Shown here piece by piece: positions 1 through 12,400 of a DNA stretch of 64,000 bases. Numbering within the stretch: the stretch's first letter is position 1; the number at the start of each line of letters is the position of its first letter. The position numbers and the translations under genes were made by a program. Origin of the DNA: Podarcis tiliguerta (lineage: Eukaryota). The notes below the pieces were generated by a model. That model was not told the origin of the DNA. It saw only the letters and a list, made by a program, of their open reading frames with translations, and searched no databases. The stretch lies in the NCBI GenBank assembly GCA_965153285.1, contig OZ229111.1; one strand, 5' to 3'.

Positions 1-1815
1 GGGAGAGAGGGTGGTACATGTGAAAAGGAAAGAACGAATGGTAAATGCGATCAATTCCCAGAAGGGCTGCTGTGTTAGCCTCTTGCAGCAAAAAAAGCAG
101 GCACAGGAGATGCTAAGCATCTGGGAGGGGGGCAGATTTAGGCATGTGGAACAGCCCCCAGGTGCTGCTGGACTCAGAGCAGCCCCTGCTGCCCACATGC
201 AGCAGCACACACAAGCTGTAGGATGTCAATAGCTGCATAAACAGAAATCCATCAGATATTGTTTTCTCCTAGGAAGCTAGGATGAGGTTCCTGGAAAACT
301 AAACAGCCCATTGCCGGGGGTGATTTTTATCAACAGAATGGGGTGGTATCTGGAAAGAAGGGATGTTGTGAAGCCTGGCGGGAAAGACAGGAGTTGAGGG
401 AAAGAGGCCGAGTGTAGCTGCATTCAATGGGCGTGATTGAGAGCAGGTAGCTTGAAAATTGAGGTCCAACCTTGTCATACTGCACCTATAGAATGTCTTC
501 TTATCATTCAGATCAGATCTGAGATACAAAGGTGGCAACCCTAGCTGGCATTTATCTTTCTCCCCAGAGAAGATGCTAACTGGAAAGAGTTATAAAGAAA
601 CCTCCCTGGGGAAGTCCCCCTCCACAAATGGAGAACCCCTGATGACATGGAACAATCTCTCTGTTCTCCTAAAAGCATGACAAACATACACCCCTCAGTT
701 GGGAGAAGCCATCATTCATTCAAGAGTCACAGAGCATATGCTTGGCACAAATATGGTCGCAGGTTAAATGCCCAGAATCTCCAGTTAAAGGATGCCTACT
801 AAAATGGCTGGCAAAAACCTCTGGGCTGAGCAATTGTGGTTATGGAGAAATGGGTGGGATTACTAGACCATGAATAAACTATGGAGGTTATTTGTCCATT
901 TGACTTCCCCGAAGAACCATGGGGACCATAGCTTGCCTCTCACGAAGCTACACTTCCCAGCACCCTGGAATCTCATAATGCTGCAATGAGGGGGAAAACC
1001 CCCACTTTCCAAGGCTGGCAGGAACGTGAAGTGTGTGAAAGGGGCCCTGGAACTCCCATAAACCAGCATTTCCTCCTGCAAGCGGCTTTGTGTTGGAGCG
1101 CCTTCTATGATGATGTAGAGAGTTTGACCTCTGGGTGTCAAAAATGCTCCATTTCTCAGACTTTCTTAGTAATCGGGGAATTTTAGTGCTTAACATTCTG
1201 GCTTTCTGGCTCATGTTGCAGCCAGCACCCTAACGATCCCGATACCCCTGCGAGTGTGACTCAGTCCTGCATCCTAATATGTGTAACAACATCACCGCCA
1301 CGTCTGGAAGTAATTAAATGTCTCCGCACTCTTGTCATCTGACTTCCTGTTGCAGCTCTCTCGTCCCTTCCTCCGAAGGCTGAAGCAGCCTCTCCTTTTC
1401 CCACTTAGCCAGCAGCAGGACTCCTTAATAAGGTCTGGCATACCTCAACCCACCCCAAACAAAACACACACCTAAACCTTGTGACCTCCCCCTGCTTAGA
1501 GTGTCTGATTCCAGACTGGTAATCAGTGAGTCAACGGTTTAGCACATTTGCACATGCATGCTCTGTCTGGCCCTAGAAAGTCCCAGGAGACCCAATCACC
1601 CTTGCCAATTCCACTAGCCCGGAAGCTCACTTTCCCAGTCTTGCTTCAATCAGGCAAGTTCAGTCCCTGGAAGGAAGAAACCATCTCATTGTGCCATGAA
1701 ACTAGGCAGTGCAACAAGGCTTTCTTTGTGGTGGCCCCTGCTATGACCGGAGGTGAGGTAGATCAGCACAAGACGACTTCATAATGGAGGACTCAGTACC
1801 TTGAGCATTGCCAGG

Positions 1816-1818
<3 letters not shown>

Positions 1819-1891
<73 letters not shown>
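1819..1891. repeat. Compound (GT)n(GA)n microsatellite
   Basis: Seen directly. Confidence 0.97.
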
Positions 1892-1893
<2 letters not shown>

Positions 1894-4399
1894 GCCCCTC
1901 TAAATCAAGTAAATAAATAAAAATTACTTAACTAACCAACTGCATTGCAGATAACTTGGTTCTGCCCCACCCCAAAACTTGCTCCCCAACATAAATCCTG
2001 GTTATGCCCATACCCAGCACCCTTCCTTTTTTAGCAAGATGTGTGCTGACTCCCATAGGCAGCACTGATCAATACCTGCTGCTGGAAAAGAGCAGCGCTC
2101 CATAAAATCATAGAGTTGGAAGAGACCACAAGGGCCATAGAGTCCAACCCCCTGCCAAGCAGGAAACAGAGCCTCAGTAAGAAAATCTACCCACTTTTTG
2201 GGCAGAGCTCCAGAAGCCACCACCCTCAGCATCAGCACCAGCACTGCTACTGTCACCACCACACCTGGGACAGAGCACTCAGCCCATTTCTCATACTTTC
2301 AACTCTGCAGATCTGCTTCAACAAACAGCTGTTTATCAGCAAGCCGCCTGATGGCTGCTGGGGCTGGTTAGGGCAGCTATAAATACTTTAAAATTAAATA
2401 AAAATGCTGTGCAAGGATATTGCTGCCAAAATCCCCTTTTCTATACCTCTGTTAAAGATGCAGGCACCCTGGGTCTTTTTTACCTAGTCACCCTACTGCA
2501 GGTTGTGGAGGAGCCACCAGCCCTGTTTATGCATTTTGAGGAGGACTTGTCAATGTGTGATGATGGGGGAGCATGCGCAAGTGTGCTAGCCTCCCTCCCC
2601 AGCCTTGTCTCCATCGCCCGCTGCATCTTCACCTGAACTGTGTGCAGCAGGGAAGCCTTCTGTACTCAGCGAGGCTTTGCATGTTTTGGATCCTTAATTT
2701 TCCAGAGCTCCAAAACACATTGGATCAGTCAAGGATCAGTCACTGCCTTTGTGTGCAGTGACATTTACCCACCCCCACTGCTGGTATGCTGCCCTTGGAG
2801 GGTCGGCAAAGGTTGAGGGCAGCCCTCTGTCCAAAAAGGGGTTCACCACCCCTGCTTCACACGTGTATCTATATACACACTTGCCAACTGAGAATTACCA
2901 TTCATGCATTTGATGGAGGAAGCTGAAGTCAAAGAAGTCCAAAGCACAACAAACTTCATTTGCAGCTGTGTGGAACCTCCAGTTTGGGGGCCAAATGCAG
3001 ATCCACAGGCCATGCCTCCTCCTCAGACCACACCCCTCTCCAGATTGCTCCATGCCCTGCCTCAAGTGCTTTTCCTCTGGTTGGGATGCATCTATAAACT
3101 ATGGTAATGTCTCATTTGCCTGACTGGAGACAGGTGTGTGTGAAAGGAGAAACCTCTGACTTTTGTTGGAATATAGACTACCATACCGAGGAAAGAATCA
3201 TACCCATTTGCTTGGCCTGATTTTGCCTCCCTGGCAGATTTCCTATGAGCAAATGCAGCCCTCAGACTGAAACCCTGCTTTAAGGTGGCACAAGACTGCG
3301 GTTTTTGTAGCGTCCTGTGTTTCTGAACGATGCAGGCTGTCTCAGTTCAGTGTGGAGAAAGGAGGTAGAGAAAACTTGTTTAGACCAGCAGGTTGTCATT
3401 ACAGCATGACTGCAGCAAGTCCTGAAGGAAGTGACTCCGTGCCAGTACCAATCTTGGATAAGGCTAGTGTATTGTGTTCAGTGCTGCCTGAAACAGAGCT
3501 CAATAGCATCTCAATAATATTTCCCGCCTCCGCACCAGTGGAAGGGCCATACATAGCTCAGCAGTGGTAGAGCATCTGGTCTGCAGGCCCAAGGCATTAA
3601 GCTCCAGCCTCAACATCTCCAAGTGGGGCTGGGAGAGAACTCTGCTTGAAATGCTAGACACCACTGAGCTGGATGAACCTAGGGTCTGATTTAGTAGAAG
3701 GTCTGGACACCAATTCCTGCCTTTACCCGCCCAGGATCCACCTCTCATGGTGCTGCCTAAAGCAGGTTGCTTTGCCCTTCTTTCTGGTAGGGCTGGTTCT
3801 AGTTGTGCCGTTGTTTGAGAAATGGAAGCAGAGCTCAAACACATGGAAGAATGGTCCAGCTTTGGGCTACAAGAAGCAACATGCATGGGCTGCAGCAAAG
3901 GCTCAATTTACTGGTTGGTTGAGATCCAATGGTTTCTATACAGTCTGTACACTGCATCCTCCCCCCACCCCCATTCCTTAGCCAGACCACCCTGCAGTGT
4001 TGCAACCACCCACCTCTCAAATCTGGCCACTGACAATGGGTTGCGGCCCCATTGAACAGGGCAATTTTCCAGGACAGGGAAATTCCTCAGCGTAGGAAAA
4101 AATGGCATTGGGCTCATTTCCACAGGTGCCCAACACCAACTGACTGCAGCTTTCCAATATACGTAGACTGCTTGTACACAGAATAGTCACATGTCAATCT
4201 GCATGAAGACGACATGCCTTTTCACTACATCTAAGTGCTTTTGTTTTTTGTTTTCATAGAAAGATTGTTGTGTCAGTAGCAGCCCTTTACAGGTGAGAAT
4301 GATCTACCATCCCATAAAACCATAAAGCAGCTATGTGGAACAGAAACACTGCTCATCTGAATAATGGAGCATCTGCACATTTTAAAACATAAGGACTAG

Positions 4400-5348
4400 A
4401 AGCCTGTGTCTTTCAAACAAACAAAAGGAACATGGAAAAAAACCCCCAAACAAATTAGATTTACAAGAATCCAAAGTCTGCATATTGGTTGGGATAACAG
4501 AGGACAAATTCCTCACTCATGTTTTCCATTCTACCCCCACCCCAAGTTTGCTTTTTGGAATAAGGCTGCTTGTTTTCACGAATCAGGGAAAACAAACCAG
4601 CTGCAAGCACCATAGGGTTGTGTATTTACATAGCGCCTTGATGATGGTGAAACAGTGGCCCAAGGGCTTTGAGTCCACAAGGAGGTGCAATTGCTCCCCA
4701 CAAAGTTCTATGGAAGGTAGACAAAGTGTGTGTCTCTATGATCTGTATATAGTGCAACTTAGGAAGGTCCTAGACAAAAAGGGTAAGTTTGGAACAGTGG
4801 TTAACAGGAGCTGTTTGACATCCAAATGTCTTCTTCTGAAAATTCTCCCCTTGCAAAACCCAGCTCCTGTGATGATGGGGCATCCTGGCATAAGGTAACG
4901 ATGTCTTGCTTAGAAAAAGGAAGGGAAATAGCATCTTGGCTCCTCCTCAGCAGGCTCCTTCCAAGTGGTGGTGGGCGGGGGGGGGGGAGTCTTTGGTTCT
5001 GGAGGGGAAAAGGCACCACCCCAACGTCAGAGCAAACCCTCAAGTTCTGCATCTAGCCCCCTGTGTCCCACTGGGAACCCTTTGTGATGTCAGATTTTCA
5101 ACCCAAGACGATTCCAGAGAGGACTTCAGGTTTGCTGCTTGCCCTGTGGAGTTCCACATGAGGCAGCTCCCAGAGTCACCAATTAATCCTGGCCACCTGC
5201 CACAGGCCCTTTCTACAGAGTCTCTGCCTGAACTTTTAGTCCGTTTTCCAGGGGAACATGGGCTGCATGGCCGGCAGGAGCCTGGGCTGTGATATGAGTA
5301 AGAAGCCACAAAGGAAGCTGTGTTCCTGTAGGAGGATGAAGCAAGCCT
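4400..5348 (-). other. HDAC7: Proximal HDAC7 3' UTR (distal end not determined)
   Basis: Follows the stop codon; U-rich on the minus strand, with a TGTAAATA element at 4630-4623; I found no canonical AATAAA on the minus strand. Confidence 0.6.
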
Positions 5349-5391
5349 TCACTGGTTCATGGGCTCTTCGTCCATTGGCTCATCCTGCCGC
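5349..5391 (-). CDS. HDAC7: HDAC7 last coding exon ([13 protein letters not shown])
   Basis: ttttag acceptor; TGA at 5351-5349; EEPMN terminus. Confidence 0.93.
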
Positions 5392-8300
5392 CTAAAAGCA
5401 AAGGAAATCAGTTAGGATTTTACCACCTTTGTAAAATCACAGGTGGCTAAAGAGCCAGGGTTCTCTGCGCTCTTTATGCGCATTTGTAACCTCAAGGATT
5501 GACTGCCGCAACACACACTTTATGGGACAGTTCTTGAAGACTGTTCAGAAGGTGCTGAATGCAGCAAAAACAGACCTCCTGGTTGGGGTGGGAGAGCATA
5601 TATCGTCTGTGCTGCATAATTTGTGAACAGCTGAGGATCAACACACAACCTGAACTAGGAGTAAATTCACTTCCAGCCCCAAATATGGAGTGTCAAAAGA
5701 TAAGCATATCCTTGACTGTTTCTTGTTGGAGGTGTGGAATAAAGTTATCATGAACTTGGGCCCACCAATCTATTTATTGACCATATTTGCATTCTGTCCT
5801 CACAACAACCCTGAGACACAGACTGGATGTGAGGCCACCCCGTGGGTTCATAGAGAAGTGCGCACATGAATCCAAGTTTCCCAGATTTAAATCAAATGTT
5901 CTCATCTAATATATCACCCTGGCTCTTTCTAAAAGTGGTGGCTGTCTCTTCAAAGTGTGAGCCTCCACTGAAACAGATGCTGCAATCCTCACTGGATGGC
6001 TGTTTTGAAATGTTTCCTCCTGCAAACGAATGCATTTCAGCCGTTCCTAAAAAAAAAAAGTCTGATGGAATTCCCAGCGTGCCCCAGAAGGGTACATGAG
6101 CTCCAGTAGGATTTGCATTTGGGAAATTTTGCTTCTTCCCTTCTTTCAAGTGGTTATCTTTTGAATTAAATGTTGTAGCAGCCATATTTATAGCTGTGTG
6201 TGCGCATGCATGCACAGTTTGCCTGCAAAACCGACTTTCACCCATGAAACTTCTTTCATAGTCCAAGGAGGCAGACACTCACCTTTTCTCTGCCATTACG
6301 GAAAGTGAGGCCAGTGCTGTCACCGTCTCCACCTCTTCTGTGTCATGATGTTGCGCTTCCAGGAATGAATAGGCCACAGTGGGGGCAAAGCGCCGCACAG
6401 AGCTCCAGTACTGGCCTGAAACAAAAGAGCAGGATCAGTGCCTGGCTTGTCCCCACTGGCCAGTACTCAGTCAAGCACCTAAAATGGTGCACAGGGCACA
6501 GGAGCTTCTTTGAGGGTCAGAACCTGTTGACCCAACTCCACCACCTCAGGATGCTGCTCCCAGCTGAGTTGTGATGGCAGCCTATGGTAACTCAGGGCAA
6601 AACAAGACTGGATGGTGAATACACCTTTGCGTTTCATGTGCAGGTTTTTAAACAACAACCTGCAGCTGTTGGTGTGTTGCAATGGCACCAGAACAGGCGT
6701 GGAAAGGGAATTTAACCTTTTCTCTCTCCTGCTGTGGTCTTGAGGAAAAGGGAAGCAAACCTTTCCTTTTGAACTCTGAGATACCAAGGAAAAGGCAAAT
6801 GACAGAACTAGCTGCTGCCTGTTAGTCCACCCTCCCGCACGCCTGCCAGCCTGCTGTGCAGGAAGGAAGGGCCTTCACCACACTTACTTTGTACCCGGAT
6901 CACTGCCTCCAGGGAGCGCACCGCGTTGGCACTGGGCTTCTGCTGCAGGGTTTCCTTGGGGAGAGGCTCCAGCTGTGGGAACAAAACAGGCTGGGATGTG
7001 ACTGTCATTCTCAGACTGTGCTATGAATGGCTTGCACACAAGCAGGTCCTCACAGCGAGCTTTATCCACATGTCCTGCATGGAGATGGACTCGGGGCTTA
7101 TCCACACCTCGGTTTGCCCCACCATTTTCCCCTGGGAAAACTCACAGCCTAGTGATGAATCAGAAATGACAATCAGGTTTTCTGTGGAGTGCTGATTGTT
7201 CCAATTTAGCACTAAAGAGGGGTTTTCTGAGGGAAAGCAGAGGGGCCAAGGCAAAATCGCCTAGAAAACATGGGACAATTGAAATAATAATAATAAAAAA
7301 ATATTATTTATATCCCGCCCATCTGGCTGGGTTTCCCCAGCCACTCTGGGCGGCTTCCAACAGAATATTAAAATACAATAGTCCACTAGACATTAAAAGC
7401 TTCCCTAAACAGGGCTGCCTTCAGATGTCTTCTAAAAGTCTGGTAGTTGTTTTTCTGTTTGACATCTGGTGGGAGGGTGTTCCACAGGGTGGGTGCCACT
7501 ACCAAGTAGGCCCTCTGCCTGGTTCCCTGTAACTTGGCTTCTCACAGGGAGGGAACCGCCAGAAGGCCCTCGGCACTGGACCTCAGTGTCCAGGCAGAAC
7601 GATGGGGGTGGAGACACTCCTTCAAGTATACTGGACCGAGGCTGTTTAGGGCTTTAAAGGTCAGCACCAACACTTTGAATTGTGCTCAGAAATGTGGAGG
7701 AAGTGTGGAGGAACCCTCAGAGAAGAAAAAAGGATGCTTGCAGGCAACTGTTTTACCAAAACTGTTTTTCCATACAGAGCAAGGGGTTTTCAGCCTGAAG
7801 GCAACATTCCCTTGTAGAAGGTGTAGAAAATAATCCTGCTTGTTTCAACTGTGTTTTAATGAGGATGGTGCAAGGTGGTCTGCCATTTGTATTGTAAAGT
7901 GTTTGATGGGGGAAGTTGGAACGTGCTCAGAGAAGGGCCAAGATGATCAAGGGTCTGGAAACCAAGCCTTATGAGGAATGGTTGAAGGAGCTGTGTATGT
8001 TTAGCCTGGAAAAGAAGAGACTGAGAGGTGGTATGATAGCCCTCTTCTAATAACTCAAGGGCTGTCCCATGGAAGAGGGAGTAAACTTGTTTTCTGCTGT
8101 TCCAGAGGGTAGCACCCGAACCAATGGATTCAAGTTACAAGAGAAGAGATTCTGACTAAACATCAGGAAGAACTTTGTGATGGCAAAAGCTGTTTGACAG
8201 TGGAACTGACTCCTTCGGGAGGTGGTTGGCTCTCCTTCCTTGGAGGTTTTTAAGCAGAGGTTGGACAGCCACCTGTCATGTATGCTTTAGCTGAGATTCC

Positions 8301-9415
8301 TGCATTGCAGAGGGTTGGACTAGATGACCCTTCCCACTCTACAATTCTATGGTTCTGTCTGGTCAGGTGAAAGTCGGAAGGGGTGGAGACGCATATCTCA
8401 GTAGCAAAAGAGGGATGTTCTGGTTGGTGGCTACAGGCCTAGAATTTTCATTTGGACTGTGTGATTGGCTGGTGCTGGGCTAGAGGGACCACAAGAAGGG
8501 TATAAATGGCCAGGTGCTGTTGAGTTGGGGCCAATCTATTCCTGTGGGTTGGAGGCTGGATCCATGTTGGTATGTGCTAGACTTGAGAGGAAGACCTAGT
8601 GGCTTGGTGGCAAAAGACTTTCTTGGGTGACCAGATCACTTGTCTCAGGCTGAAGAGACAAGGGGAAGACCTGACTGCAGCACCGAGGGAGAGCAAGAGG
8701 CAGTTTGAAATGCTGCCCTCTGGTGCCTGGTAGCAAAGTCAGAGGAAGACTCCAGGGCAGGGCAGGCTGCAGTAAAGACAAGGCCAATCGGGCAACAGAG
8801 TTCTTCAGAGCTGTCTTGGTGCGTGGACCAATCCAGCTGGATAAAACCACCCAAGCAAGTACAGATCAGCTCCTGTGAGGGCTGGGGGAAGTACCAAGGG
8901 CAAGAGCCTGTGGTTTCCCATCCCTGATAAGGCAGTGTTTCCCAGACTTGGGTCCCCAGCTGGACTACAACTCCCATCGTCCTTGACCATTGGTCCTGCA
9001 ACATTCTGTGGTTTGCCTCAGGTGCCAAAATGTCTTGGACTGGACCTGGTTAGAAGAAATAAATTTGTGGAGTGGCCACATCTGAGTGGTGATATCACCT
9101 GTTTGGCTTACAGAAGGTCTCGGGTTTGATCCCTGGCACTGCCAGTTTTTCTGTTTCTATTTTAGATTGTGAGCCTCGTGAGATTGGGTCCTATTACACC
9201 CGGGGGGGGGGGGTGTAAAGTGCTATACACAGTCAAGGGCAATTTCGCATGGGGATTTCGTTCCTGGCCCCTGTGCATGTCCTGCTTCACCCCTGTACTG
9301 CCCTTTTCATGACGTGTTGAGTGACATTTTGGGTCAGTTCTGGGTTTGGTGATGTGTACGCACACATGATGGCAATAATCAGTTGTAGCCTGTACATAGA
9401 TGGCAGTTACCAGTG

Positions 9416-9451
<36 letters not shown>

Positions 9452-12400
9452 AGGTGCTGGTACTCACCATGAAGTTGTTATATTAAGTGCCACACTTTCA
9501 GCATTTGGGGGGAAATGGTGCTGGTCTTGAATACCCTTGGGTATCCCCAGTAAAAAGCACTGGCAGTTACCTAAACATATCATTCTAATCCCCGGAGGCT
9601 GTCCTTGATTCTGCTACGGATGGGCTCCACTCACCTCATTGCCCAGCAGCACAGAGACACAGGCCTCTGAGGCATCGCAGATGGCAGTCAGATCATGGCC
9701 CCCTTCCAGGGCAAGGACAAGAGCACCTCCAGCCACACTCATCAGCTGCCGGGTCATGTAGCCAAAACCTGGAGGGAAGCCAAAGGAAATGGGAGAACTA
9801 GACGTTATGGCCCTCACAGACAGAGCACCCTCCCTGTGCATGGAAGATGTCCCACGCTGTCCTCTTGAACACACCCAGACATTCCACACTTCTCTCTCTC
9901 CCTTTCTGCCCCCCAGTACCCCACTTTCTCTGAACCTCCTTCCCAGTTATAAAGTGGCTGATTCATAAGGCAAGCTCTGCAATGCCTCTTCCCCCAAGGA
10001 GTGACATCTCTAGTCAGACCAGGCTGACGTGGGCATAATGATCAATGGGTCACCTAAGTGCACTAAATCCGTATTTGGCACCCTGCCAGCAAGTAATCTT
10101 ACTGAAGTTTTTGAGTGGAGTGCTAAGCAGATATCAATGCCCCCACCTTTAAACACTTTCTGGATATAACTGAATCAATGGATTCCTTTTCTGGCCATTT
10201 TCAGGACAAACTGGTTGGGAACCCAGATTCCGTTACAGACCCTGAGGTCCTGATACTGTAAAGAGCGCTTTTCCTGCTTAGCTACCCTGTGGGTCCTCTT
10301 TCTTCAGATCCACCACAGTCATGTGTAACCAAGGGCTGGTGAGGAGGACACACTGTTCATGGTGTGAAGGCCACAGTGGGCTTTGAGGCCCTGGTGTTTG
10401 ATTGTGACATCATTTGATTGTGACATCACCTAGCCCATGATGGCTAGGTGAGGATGCCATCATTTGTGACCAAACCTAGGTGAGGATGCCATCATTTGTG
10501 ACCAAACCCAATCAGACTTAGGTGATGGAGGCAGATTTCTAATTATCTGGAAAGAAGGATGAGCTTTTCAGTCTGTCAGCATGCCTTACATTTGGCTGAG
10601 ACCTTGTAGCCTCCCAGTGGCGGCGGATGGCCGTCAGCTGCATCAAAGCCTGCGGACACCAGTACCACATCCGGAGAGAACTCATGGGCTATTGGCATCA
10701 CAACAGTCCTGCAGAGGAGGGAAAATAACAACAGTCTAGGTTGGCTAGCATCACTGGCACTGGGCTAGCACACTCAATGCTCCTGGGCTTCTGCTCCCAG
10801 AATAAAGCAGAACACACACTAGCTGTAAGGATAGTGCAGAATTCTGCATCAAACACCTACCAAAAATTCTGCAATGGAAATTCATGACCTGCCTTCAGTG
10901 TGTAAGGCACAGAACTGTGTGTGCTTTTACGATGCATTATACTTCTGCTTGAAACTATCCATCTTCCTTCCTTCCTTCCTTCCTTCCTTCCTTCCTTCCT
11001 CTCTGCAATAATTCATTCTGATTTTTGCAAGTCACGTGGAAGAATAAGAACCTACACATGGCATGGCCTGAAGGCACCTGGTCATTCAGCCACCTTGCTG
11101 AAGTTAACAGGGTCGGGGTCTGGTCCCTGACTAAGTGGGGGATCACCTGGTAACCCCATGAATTCAATCCTCAATCCTATTATGGATGGAAAGTGGACTA
11201 TAAATAAAGCAAACCATAGAACACAAGGAACAGACACACAACATCCTATGAAATATTAAGACCAATCAACAGAAGACAATGGGCCATATAGAATTTTTAC
11301 CCCAAGGTGCTGCTTTATAAAGTAATTATGGAAGGGTCATAGTTCAGTAACAGAATGCCTGCTTCTTTTTAGACAAAATGAATCAGGAGGTTTTTATTAC
11401 ATATTTTGAGCAATACAGCTGAAGTACCAGACAAACAAAAAATAAAAGGGAAAGTTGAAATAGGAAAAGGGGACATGTATTGAGGTGTTTTCACCATATA
11501 ACCTTTAAATGTAATACAGCATACTGCACCGCTGACTATGATGGACAAGAAAAAGCTGACCAAATGTTGACAGAGCACTTCCAGGAAGGCCCTTAAAAAT
11601 CTGACACAAGTAAGTGTGCATTTCTGTCCTAAAACTTTTCCTAAAGCATTTCTTCCATGGCTAATCAACCAATTTTTTTCTTTCTTTCCATAAAGCAAGG
11701 AGAGGGCAGGAAAGTTTAGGCAGAAAAATGTCTGGAGGGGAGAGGGTTGAGATGCACTCTCCAACCTAGCATAGGTCTTTCAGAGGAGACTGTAGCTGCA
11801 TCTCCGAAACAAACAAGCAGTTCAAAACACTCCCCCCAAACCAGAACACCCACCAAACATGAATATATGAACAGGACTCTGAGGATTTTTATTTTCTGAA
11901 TGTGGTTCAGCAACATGGATAGCTTGGCCAATGTTCAGCACCCTCTCTTGCATCAGAGACATTGGCAGCCATTGTTTGTGCATTTTCCAAAGCTCACTCT
12001 AGCAAATTAAGGGCTAGAACTTCTCTTTCTCCAGCTGCGCCCAGTTCGATCTTCTACTTTTTGCTATCTTTCTTTCCTGAGTTTCTGTGGTATGACATGG
12101 ACCCTGTGGCCTATGGCTTCTCTCTCCCTGCTCCTCTTCTCTTTCAGTGTTTCTCAGATGTTTTGAGCTCAGCCTCCCTCCCTTCCCCTTGACACTCGGC
12201 CAGAGGCGAGCTGCTTCTCAGCCCTGTGTTGCCAGACTTACTTTCTGGGACCACTTCTAAACTCTTGCCAGTTGCCTTGGGATGAAAGCAACCCAGAGCC
12301 CTTGTTTGCATCAGGAGGCTGTTCTGTAGCGCTGCCTGTGAAATGACGAGAGCTCACGGGCTTGGACCCGTTCCCAGCAACGCCAAGGCTAAGTTGGCTC

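Noticed and set aside
1-2450. Possible 3' end of a convergent neighbour (SLC48A1 in mammals), with plus-strand AATAAA near 1912 and 2397
   Set aside because: No coding exon of such a gene was recognisable, and the hexamers lie in AT-rich or repeat-tail context.
3543-3620. tRNA-like sequence (atagctcagcagtggtagagc)
   Set aside because: Degenerate SINE head with no intact cloverleaf; many similar copies in the window.
8416-8900. ATTGG plus TATAAA arrangement suggesting a solo LTR or promoter
   Set aside because: Could not define TG...CA ends, a TSD or a poly(A) signal.
9635-9768. His in place of the catalytic Tyr (EGGHD) as a sign of pseudogenisation
   Set aside because: Normal for vertebrate class IIa HDACs; all exons are intact and in frame.
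10397-10507. Direct repeats as a CRISPR-like array
   Set aside because: Only two adjacent copies each, no spacers, eukaryotic intron.
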